64,000 nt of DNA from Scenedesmus sp. PABB004. Taxonomy: Eukaryota. The notes under the pieces are model-generated. The model worked only from the letters and a program-made list of their open reading frames with translations, did not search any database and had not been told where the DNA came from. Shown piece by piece: positions 15,278 through 25,713 of the stretch. Where the stretch lies: contig JABVCE010000010.1 of NCBI GenBank assembly GCA_014905635.1, positions 1,178,001 to 1,242,000 of the forward strand, given 5' to 3'. A program made the translations under genes and the position numbers. How positions within the stretch are numbered: the first letter of the stretch is position 1; each line of letters starts with the position of its first letter.

Positions 15278-17603
15278 GCTGGTCCGCCTGTGTTGCTGTG
15301 CGAGCAACCAGCCGGGGCGGCGGGCGTTTTTCGGGCGCGCGCGAGCGCGCCGCGGCGGCGGCGCTGGCGCCGCGTGCCTCCTCGCAGGCACGCGGCGCGC
15401 GCGCGGCCGCGCGTGCGCGCGAGCGGCGCGGCCGGCACACAGGGAGCCCGATGCCTCTCCGCGCCTGGCCGCCCCGCCCGCACACTGCGCGGGCGGGGCG
15501 GGCCGGGCGCGCGGGAGCTGCGCGTACATCTCCAGTCAAAGGCTCTCCGTGAATGCGCTCGACCCCATTGGTTGCTGCACAGCACGCTCGTGCGTGCCCC
15601 CCAGCAAGATCACTTGTTGCATTTGGCGTGGGGCGGGCGCACTTGATCGTCGGCCGGCGTGACGCTGGACGCGCGCCGCCAGGCGCCGCCGCGCGCCGGC
15701 GCGGCGCGCGCGGGCGGGGGCGCAGGGGCGGCGGCCGCAGCGGGCGGCCCCCGGGCGGGGCGGGCGGCGGGGAGGCGTGGCGCGTCGGGCGGCGGCGCGG
15801 CGCCCAATAAGGGCATGGAGGGCGTCGGTTGCGCCGCATTGGCGCACCAGGCCATGGTTCGGGCGGCGCGACTGCCCATGCCTGCGGCGCGCGCGCGCGC
15901 GCCGCGGGCGTTGGGCGGCGGCGCCCTCGCGGCGTGGCTGGGGTGCGCGGCGGCGCGCGGTGTGTGGCGCTACCCGCGGCGCGGCTCGCGGGGCTGGTGG
16001 GCAGCGCGCGTGCGTGCGCGGGGGCCGGACCGGGGGGCGCGCCGCGCGGCGCTCCCCCGAAACCACAACAAGCTCGGAAGCACCAGCTTCCGGCCCCCGG
16101 ACTCGCACTTTGACCCCCGCCCCGGCGGGCGCCGCGGCTCGCGCGCACAGTTTTTTACCTTGCGGCGCGCGACGAAGACGGCGCCGCGGGCCCGCTCCCC
16201 GCATGGCATGCTCCCTCCCTGCGTGTGCTCGCTGTACAGACGTCGTCGCGTGCTTGGGGGCAGGGCAGGGGCCAGGCGGCGGCAGCAGCGTTGCTTAGGT
16301 AGGCGGCAGGGGCGGCGCGCGACGCGCGGGGGCGGCGGCGCGCGCGGGCCGCGAATTGCGCCGCGAGATGCTGGCCCCAGCCCCCTGGCGCTTCCGCGGG
16401 CGCCCCGTCGCGCGCATGCGTGCTGCGTGCGTGCGTGCGAGTCTGGCTGGGCGGTCGCTGCTGCTGCGCCGGCTTGGGCCCTGCGCGGCGTTGGACCTGG
16501 GCAGGCGAACCTCCCGGGCTGGAAATGCCCGTCGGTGCACGCCATGCGGGCGTGCTGCGCGGCCCCGGAGGGGCGCCTGCGCTGGGTGCTGACAGCCCCC
16601 GGGCGCGCGTTGACTGTTAACAGTCACTACTCCTCGAGCGGCGCCGCGCCGGCTGCGCGTCCAGAACTGCGGCGGGCGTGCGGGGCGCGCAGCGCGCTGC
16701 GCGCGGGGCGCGTCGGGACAGCGGCGCGCGGCCGGCCCGGCTGCTGCGAGCCTGCCGCCACCAAGCATGCTGCACCTCTGCGGCGCCGCGCGTGCCAAGC
16801 GCTGCCAGCCGCGCTGGGCGCTGCGAGGGGGCGCGCGAGCGCTGGTCGGGCGCCGCCGCGCGCGCTCGCCGCGCGCAGTTGGGCTGCCCTGCCACGACCC
16901 TGCCGCTGACAGAGCGAGTGACTGTCTGCTGCTGACTCTCAACAGCTGAGTTGGGCTTGAGGATAGGGGGTCCACGTCGGGTCAGGTTTTGTTGGGGTGG
17001 GTTGGTTACTTTGGGCGGCGAGTGCCGCGCGCCGTCACCACCACCCGCTCGCGCGTGCGGCCTGATAAAAAACGGCGCAGCGCAGCCAACCAGCCGCCCC
17101 CCAGAAGGGTGGGCAGGGGAGCTTATTGCAGCCCACGTGCGCGTGTTGCGCGCGCCGCCGTCCGCCGGGACAGCAGCAGGCTATCGTTTGGGCGCCGCGC
17201 TGCCGCGCAAGGCGCAAGCCCATCACCCGGTGTGTTATTGAGCCCATCGCAAGCGCATCAAGGGCAGCTCAAACACATAAGGGAGGCAAAGGCATAAAAG
17301 GCAGGAGCGGGTCGTTCTTCAACAACTAGCTGGCAGCGCAGCGCGCGCAGGCCTCTCGGTTCACGCCGCAGCAGCACGCCCCGCGCCGGCTGCGCCAGGC
17401 AGCAGGGGGCCGCAGGCAGGCGGTGGGGCCAGGTGGCTTGGGAGCCAACGCACTGGCTTATTGCCGCCGCACAAGGCAGGCAGGCAGCCTAGGGTAAGGG
17501 TTGATGCATGTGTGCTTAAGTACAGTGCTACCAGCCTGCTGCGTATGCACAGGGTTGATGGTAAAAACTGAGTACGTAACAGCAGCGCGTGCGCGCGCAG
17601 CGC

Positions 17604-20600
17604 TTAGGCCCAGGTGAAGCTGGCCATGTCGGCGGGGCCGGACGCGTCAGCGCCGTTGGGGCTGACGAAGAAGGAGCGGGCGCCCAGGGTCGCCTCGCCG
17701 CCGCGCAGGGTCCAGCCCTTGGTGGGGACGTAGAGGAAGCCCCAGCACGCGCCGTTGGACATGCACGCGGCCTTGCACGTGGCGTAGCTCTTGCACTCAT
17801 CGACGTCCCACTCGGCGGCGTTGCGGCCAGCCTCCACCAGCAGCGGGTTGGGCGAGGTGCCGACCAGGCCGGCGGCGGCGTCGGTGGCGAACGAGTCGAT
17901 GTCGCACGCGGCAAAGATGCCGGACGCCATGGTCTTGGCGGACACGTCCTTGGACGCGGCGCTGATCTCACTGGGCGGCAGCTTGTAGAACATCTTGGCC
18001 TTGCCGTCCACCGCGGGCGTGGTGGGCGCCAGCAGCGCGTGCTTGCACGACACCACGCCGGAGCCGGCGGTGGTCTCGAGCATCTCGGCGACGCAGCACT
18101 TGTCGGCGGGGCAGGCCGCCAGGCAGGTCGTCACGGTGGTGGCCGCGTTGGCGGTGAACATGCCCGCGGGCAGCGCCAGCACGTCGCCGGCGGGGTTGGC
18201 GAGCTGGGCAAAGCGGGGCACGCACGACTCGGCGCCCTTGAGCGACTTCCTGAAGGTCACGCCGTCGGAGGTGATGGCCTCGCCCACGGGGTCCTGGTAG
18301 GTGGTCGTGGGGCAGGTCATGCAGCTGTCGCTGCTGCCGAGGTTGAACGTGCCGTAGTTGCACGCGCTGCAGGTGCTGCTGCCAGAGGTCTTGCCAAAGC
18401 CAGCCGCGCACACGTCGCAGGTGGCCGCGCCGACGTTGGTGGTGCTGGCACCGCTGGTGCACTGCTGGCACTTGGGGTTGGTGGTGGCAGTGCCCTCCAC
18501 GTCGCCGGCAGAGAAGTAGCCCACGGGGCAGGGCTTGACGCCGGTGCTGGAGGTGGGGTTGGTGGGGTCCCACGGGTTGCTCGCGTCGGCGCTGAACACG
18601 CCGGAGCCGGCGGGCACGATGCAGTCGTCGATCGAGTCCTGCAGGGTGCCGTTGCCGGGGGCGTACGCGGTGGTGCGGCCCTCGGGGCACTTCTCGCACG
18701 GCTCCATGCTCGCGGCGGGCGCCCAGAAGCCGTCGGGGCACTGGTTGGCGCCCTCCGTGGTGTAGCCAAAGCCGCCGGGGTTCTTGCAGTCGTCAAAGCT
18801 GGTCGACGCGGCCGCGGAGTAGAGGTTCTTGGTGCAGGCCTTGCAGGGCGCGTTGATCAGGCCGAACGTGGTGTTGGCAACACCGTAGGTGTTGGCCGGG
18901 CACGGCTTGATGGCCTTGAACGCGGTGAAGTCAGCGGGGTCAAAGGTGATGCCCCAGCCGGCCTTGATGTCTGTGGGTGAGCGGGGCGGGCGCAGGGCGT
19001 GAGCAACAGCGGCGCTGCAGTGCGGGGTCCCCGCGCAGGCAGGCAGCCGAGCAGGCGCGCGCGCGCGCGCGCAGGCAGGGCAGGCCACTCACAGCAAGAG
19101 GCGGAGGTGGCGGCGACCTTGCTGCCCGCGGCAGCGGTGGAGAGCTCGTCGGTCTCGGTCAGGGCGCTGAGGATGCCGGCACCGCACTTGGTGCACACGT
19201 CCTTGCCGTCACCGCTGGTGCTGACCACCTCCTTGAACGCCTTCCAGCCGGCGCGGTAGTAGCCCTCATCCTCGGTGTTGGCGGGCGTGACCGGGCACTT
19301 GACCATCGAGCCGCTGGCGGCGGTGCCGGCCACAAAGTAGCCCGGGGGCACCACGCAGTCGTCGGCCGAGGCGGAGCCGTTCTTGAGCGTGATGGTGCTG
19401 TACGGGCAGGGCTTGCACGACCAGGTGCCGGCGGTGCCGTCGAAGAAGAAGCCGATGGGGCACACCTCCACGGCCGAGGGCACAAAGGTGCTGCTGCTGG
19501 TCACGGGGACGGCCGAGCCGGTGGGCTCAGTGCCGGCGGTCGTGGTGGCGAGCTTGTAGCCGGGCATCAGCACTGCGCGCGCGAGCGGAGGCCGCGGCAG
19601 CAGCACAGTCAGGCTGGGGCCAGCGTCGAGCCGGCGGCGGGCGGCCGCAGCGCGGCAGCCGCGGGCTCCCGGCGCGGCAGCAGCAGCGCGGCACCCACCG
19701 TTGCACTTGTCGATGCCGGTGGAGGCGATGCTGGCGGTGGTCCAGCCCTCGGGGCAGGACAGGCAGTTGATGGCGAGCTTGTTGTCGGTGCGCACAAAGT
19801 TGGAGCGGTAGAGGCCCTTGGGGCAGTCGCGGACAACGTTGAGCTCCCAGAACTTGCCGGGCGGCACCTGGCACACGTCGTTCTTGTTGTCGCGCGTGCC
19901 GTTGTAGCCGGTGGGCGCCGCCAGGCCGGACTGGCACGGCAGGCAGGTCTTGAGGCGGTTCAGGTCGGGCGCGTAGGTGTTGCCAGCGCACTGCTGGGCA
20001 GCGCCGCCGCGGCTGGTGGGGAGCACATAGCCGGCCTGGGCGACTGCGAGAGGGAGGGGCGGGCAGCAGGCGCACGCGGGCGAGTGAGCAGCAGCGCTGG
20101 GCGCGCATGCTGTGCGCGCTGCAGCCCACGCGCGCACAGCAGCAGCAGGCGGTGCAGGCGCGCGCAGGCAGGCAGGCAAGCGGCCACTCACTGCAGTCGG
20201 CGGCGCGGGTGGTCGAGGCGGACTTGGTCGTAAGGCCGACGGAGCCGGTGGGGTTGCAGCTGTTCTGCGCGCCCGCGTCGTCGGTCGGCAGGCGCGCGTT
20301 CTTGTCGCCGCCGGGGCAGTAGGAGCCGGTGGGGCAGGGCGAGCACTGGCGGGTGTTGCCGGTGACGTTCTGGAAGGTGCCGGGCGGGCACACTGCGCGC
20401 AGGCGGCAGGCGGGCGGGCGGGTGAGACGAGGCCGGTGGCGCGCGGCAGACAGGCAGGCAGCCAAGCAGGCAGGCAGGCAGCACCAACCGCCGCCGCGGC
20501 GCAGGCGGGCGGGCGCCCAAGCTCACCGCACTGCACGATGGAGCGGCCGTCGCTGCCGCGGGCGGGCACGTAGCCCTTCATGCAGCGCAGGCACACGTAG

Positions 20601-20785
20601 GTCTCCTTGCTGTCCAGGATGCGGGTGGTGCAACGGCGGGCCGTGCACGCGGGGATCTGGGCCGGGCAAGACACGCCGCTCTGGAGCAGCTGGCGGCTGG
20701 CGGCGCTGCGGCCGGCGGGCGCCGCGGAGGCCAGGGCCGCGAGGCCCAGCAGCAGGACGGCCAGGGTGGCCGTGCGAGCTGCCAT
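17604..20785 (-). CDS. Secreted cysteine-rich repeat protein (CPxGxY/F repeats, GCC2/ephrin-receptor-like type), copy A, 5 exons
   Basis: Signal peptide MAARTATLAVLLLGLAALASA, then RQLLQ. Repeated C-P-x-G-x-[YF] and CxxC modules, four GT-AG introns, no transmembrane segment seen, ends ASFTWA*. Confidence 0.88.
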
Positions 20786-20934
20786 TGCGTCGGTCGGTGA
20801 GCTGAGCGGGCTGCGGCTGTGGCTAGGCCTGGGCTAGGGGGCAAGGCCTTGTTGGAGCTGCTCTCGGTGGGTTGCAGCGGCCACAGGTCAGCAGGCACAG
20901 CGCGGGTTGGCTGTGGGTGGAGGGCGGGCGGCGC

Positions 20935-20940
20935 TATATA
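20935..20940 (-). promoter_or_regulatory. Probable TATA box of Cys-rich gene copy A
   Basis: Isolated TATATA in GC-rich context ~150 bp upstream of ATG 20785; conserved at 52766 in copy C. Confidence 0.6.
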
Positions 20941-22372
20941 GCTCGGGAGCGTCGGGCCGGCGTCGGCGGCCTCCGCCGGACGAGGCCCGCCCTGCTCGCA
21001 GTGCCGAGCATGTGCGAACCCCGGCGACCTCTCTCCCTGGCCGCCGCGGGAGGTTGCGCGAGTCTCCAAAAGCTTATGCACGCCACGCAGATCCCGCCGA
21101 ACGCCCGAGCCGGGCGGCTGGGTGGCGCAGGGCTGCGCGGTGTGCGGCGAACGCAGCTCGGCGAGATTGACGCGGCCCTCTAGGCGCGCCGCGGCCGGCA
21201 CGCCCGGCTCTTAGGTGTTGTGGAGGCGCGATGGAGCGTTTGCGCGCAGCAGAACGGACCCAAGCCGCCTCAGCGCGGAGCAGGCAGTAGTCAGCCCGCC
21301 CCCACCGCCCTGCCGATCACGGGCGGGCGCGCTGGACGGCGGCCAGGCACGGCCACTGCGTGCCAGAGGCGGGGCCAGGCGCTGTGCAGCGCCGTGCACG
21401 CAGCCGAGCGGCGCCGCGCCGGCTGCGCGTCCAGAACTGCGGCGGGCGTGCGGGGCGCGCAGCGCGCTGCGCGCGGGGCGCGTCGGGACAGCGGCGCGCG
21501 GCCGGCCCGGCTGCTGCGAGCCTGCCGCCACCAAGCATGCTGCACCTCTGCGGCGCCGCGCGTGCCAAGCGCTGCCAGCCGCGCTGGGCGCTGCGAGGGG
21601 GCGCGCGATCGCTGGTCGGGCGCCGCCGCGCGCGCTCGCCGCGCGCAGTTGGGCTGCCCTGCCACGACCCTGCCGCTGACAGAGCGAGTGACTGTCTGCT
21701 GCTGACTCTCAACAGCTGAGTTGGGCTTGAGGATAGGGGGTCCACGTCGGGTCAGGTTTTGTTGGGGTGGGTTGGTTACTTTGGGCGGCGAGTGCCGCGC
21801 GCCGTCACCACCACCCGCTCGCGCGTGCGGCCTGATAAAAAACGGCGCAGCGCAGCCAACCAGCCGCCCCCAGAAGGGTGGGCAGGGGAGCTTATTGCAG
21901 CCCACGTGCGCGTGTTGCGCGCGCCGCCGTCCGCCGGGACAGCAGCAGGCTATCGTTTGGGCGCCGCGCTGCCGCGCAAGGCGCAAGCCCATCACCCGGT
22001 GTGTTATTGAGCCCATCGCAAGCGCATCAAGGGCAGCTCAAACACATAAGGGAGGCAAAGGCATAAAAGGCAGGAGCGGGTCGTTCTTCAACAACTAGCT
22101 GGCAGCGCAGCGCGCGCAGGCCTCTCGGTTCACGCCGCAGCAGCACGCCCCGCGCCGGCTGCGCCAGGCAGCAGGGGGCCGCAGGCAGGCGGTGGGGCCA
22201 GGTGGCTTGGGAGCCAACGCACTGGCTTATTGCCGCCGCACAAGGCAGGCAGGCAGCCTAGGGTAAGGGTTGATGCATGTGTGCTTAAGTACAGTGCTAC
22301 CAGCCTGCTGCGTATGCACAGGGTTGATGGTAAAAACTGAGTACGTAACAGCAGCGCGTGCGCGCGCAGCGC

Positions 22373-25121
22373 TTAGGCCCAGGTGAAGCTGGCCATGTCG
22401 GCGGGGCCGGACGCGTCAGCGCCGTTGGGGCTGACGAAGAAGGAGCGGGCGCCCAGGGTCGCCTCGCCGCCGCGCAGGGTCCAGCCCTTGGTGGGGACGT
22501 AGAGGAAGCCCCAGCACGCGCCGTTGGACATGCACGCGGCCTTGCACGTGGCGTAGCTCTTGCACTCATCGACGTCCCACTCGGCGGCGTTGCGGCCAGC
22601 CTCCACCAGCAGCGGGTTGGGCGAGGTGCCGACCAGGCCGGCGGCGGCGTCGGTGGCGAACGAGTCGATGTCGCACGCGGCAAAGATGCCGGACGCCATG
22701 GTCTTGGCGGACACGTCCTTGGACGCGGCGCTGATCTCACTGGGCGGCAGCTTGTAGAACATCTTGGCCTTGCCGTCCACCGCGGGCGTGGTGGGCGCCA
22801 GCAGCGCGTGCTTGCACGACACCACGCCGGAGCCGGCGGTGGTCTCGAGCATCTCGGCGACGCAGCACTTGTCGGCGGGGCAGGCCGCCAGGCAGGTCGT
22901 CACGGTGGTGGCCGCGTTGGCGGTGAACATGCCCGCGGGCAGCGCCAGCACGTCGCCGGCGGGGTTGGCGAGCTGGGCAAAGCGGGGCACGCACGACTCG
23001 GCGCCCTTGAGCGACTTCCTGAAGGTCACGCCGTCGGAGGTGATGGCCTCGCCCACGGGGTCCTGGTAGGTGGTCGTGGGGCAGGTCATGCAGCTGTCGC
23101 TGCTGCCGAGGTTGAACGTGCCGTAGTTGCACGCGCTGCAGGTGCTGCTGCCAGAGGTCTTGCCAAAGCCAGCCGCGCACACGTCGCAGGTGGCCGCGCC
23201 GACGTTGGTGGTGCTGGCACCGCTGGTGCACTGCTGGCACTTGGGGTTGGTGGTGGCAGTGCCCTCCACGTCGCCGGCAGAGAAGTAGCCCACGGGGCAG
23301 GGCTTGACGCCGGTGCTGGAGGTGGGGTTGGTGGGGTCCCACGGGTTGCTCGCGTCGGCGCTGAACACGCCGGAGCCGGCGGGCACGATGCAGTCGTCGA
23401 TCGAGTCCTGCAGGGTGCCGTTGCCGGGGGCGTACGCGGTGGTGCGGCCCTCGGGGCACTTCTCGCACGGCTCCATGCTCGCGGCGGGCGCCCAGAAGCC
23501 GTCGGGGCACTGGTTGGCGCCCTCCGTGGTGTAGCCAAAGCCGCCGGGGTTCTTGCAGTCGTCAAAGCTGGTCGACGCGGCCGCGGAGTAGAGGTTCTTG
23601 GTGCAGGCCTTGCAGGGCGCGTTGATCAGGCCGAACGTGGTGTTGGCAACACCGTAGGTGTTGGCCGGGCACGGCTTGATGGCCTTGAACGCGGTGAAGT
23701 CAGCGGGGTCAAAGGTGATGCCCCAGCCGGCCTTGATGTCTGTGGGTGAGCGGGGCGGGCGCAGGGCGTGAGCAACAGCGGCGCTGCAGTGCGGGGTCCC
23801 CGCGCAGGCAGGCAGCCGAGCAGGCGCGCGCGCGCGCGCGCAGGCAGGGCAGGCCACTCACAGCAAGAGGCGGAGGTGGCGGCGACCTTGCTGCCCGCGG
23901 CAGCGGTGGAGAGCTCGTCGGTCTCGGTCAGGGCGCTGAGGATGCCGGCACCGCACTTGGTGCACACGTCCTTGCCGTCACCGCTGGTGCTGACCACCTC
24001 CTTGAACGCCTTCCAGCCGGCGCGGTAGTAGCCCTCATCCTCGGTGTTGGCGGGCGTGACCGGGCACTTGACCATCGAGCCGCTGGCGGCGGTGCCGGCC
24101 ACAAAGTAGCCCGGGGGCACCACGCAGTCGTCGGCCGAGGCGGAGCCGTTCTTGAGCGTGATGGTGCTGTACGGGCAGGGCTTGCACGACCAGGTGCCGG
24201 CGGTGCCGTCGAAGAAGAAGCCGATGGGGCACACCTCCACGGCCGAGGGCACAAAGGTGCTGCTGCTGGTCACGGGGACGGCCGAGCCGGTGGGCTCAGT
24301 GCCGGCGGTCGTGGTGGCGAGCTTGTAGCCGGGCATCAGCACTGCGCGCGCGAGCGGAGGCCGCGGCAGCAGCACAGTCAGGCTGGGGCCAGCGTCGAGC
24401 CGGCGGCGGGCGGCCGCAGCGCGGCAGCCGCGGGCTCCCGGCGCGGCAGCAGCAGCGCGGCACCCACCGTTGCACTTGTCGATGCCGGTGGAGGCGATGC
24501 TGGCGGTGGTCCAGCCCTCGGGGCAGGACAGGCAGTTGATGGCGAGCTTGTTGTCGGTGCGCACAAAGTTGGAGCGGTAGAGGCCCTTGGGGCAGTCGCG
24601 GACAACGTTGAGCTCCCAGAACTTGCCGGGCGGCACCTGGCACACGTCGTTCTTGTTGTCGCGCGTGCCGTTGTAGCCGGTGGGCGCCGCCAGGCCGGAC
24701 TGGCACGGCAGGCAGGTCTTGAGGCGGTTCAGGTCGGGCGCGTAGGTGTTGCCAGCGCACTGCTGGGCAGCGCCGCCGCGGCTGGTGGGGAGCACATAGC
24801 CGGCCTGGGCGACTGCGAGAGGGAGGGGCGGGCAGCAGGCGCACGCGGGCGAGTGAGCAGCAGCGCTGGGCGCGCATGCTGTGCGCGCTGCAGCCCACGC
24901 GCGCACAGCAGCAGCAGGCGGTGCAGGCGCGCGCAGGCAGGCAGGCAAGCGGCCACTCACTGCAGTCGGCGGCGCGGGTGGTCGAGGCGGACTTGGTCGT
25001 AAGGCCGACGGAGCCGGTGGGGTTGCAGCTGTTCTGCGCGCCCGCGTCGTCGGTCGGCAGGCGCGCGTTCTTGTCGCCGCCGGGACAGTAGGAGCCGGTG
25101 GGGCAGGGCGAGCACTGGCGG
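22373..25121 (-). pseudogene. 5'-truncated copy B of the Cys-rich gene (no promoter, no signal-peptide exon)
   Basis: Near-identical to copy A from mid-exon 2 (RQCSPCPTG) to the stop; upstream sequence is unrelated and no nearby in-frame ATG was seen. Confidence 0.8.
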
Positions 25122-25713
25122 CATGTTTCGCACGGTTGCAGCCGCTTGGCGCTTGGTGCACGCGCCAAGCGGCCCCCAGCCGCGCTGGGCGCTGCGCGCG
25201 CTGGTCGTCCGCCGCCGCGCGCGCTGGTCGCCGTGCGTTTGTCGCCAGGCCTGCCGCAGGCCGCTGGCGAGACGGCCGAAGGCCGGCAAATTCAATCAGA
25301 ACGCCGCACCGGCGACAGGGCGCGCTGCTGCCGCCGGCGGCAGCACAACCGCAGCCCGCAGAGGCGGCGGCCGCCGCAGCGCCCAGGGCGCTGCGCCGCG
25401 CACGGAAAACGCGCGCCGGGCTGTCTTGACGCGGGTGAAGCATCGCGCGGCGCGCGAAGGACGCGAAGAAGACTGTCGCCCCCGGGTTCGCCCGGGGGTC
25501 GCCCCAGGTCGCGCGCACCCACTCTCCCGACTCTCCCGTCTCGCGCCGCCCGCCCCACAAGCTGCGCCACAGCACGCCAGGGCCGCGAAGCACGCCCCCA
25601 GAGCTGGACCCCCACCGCAGCGACGCTCCTCTGCCTCCAGACCTCGCGGCCTGCCGCGGCCTCCCCCGACCCCCACAGCCAATGGGCGGCCGCTGAAGCG
25701 GCTCCCAGCCGCC

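Larger units (their letters stand above)
16635..25121. repeat. Near-identical tandem duplication, unit ~4.77 kb, ~1.8 units (16635-21404 and 21405-25121)
   Basis: Sequence at 16635 recurs at 21405 (offset 4770, then 4769 after a 1-bp C-run indel). ORF translations are duplicated; identity stops abruptly at 25121. Confidence 0.97.

Noticed and set aside
15600..16610. Possible gene between DDX3 and the tandem array
   Set aside because: No recognisable motifs or consistent exon signals; treated as intergenic.
25122..25173. Helitron 3' end
   Set aside because: A hairpin is present, but there is no CTRR terminus at the expected spacing and no Rep/helicase gene.
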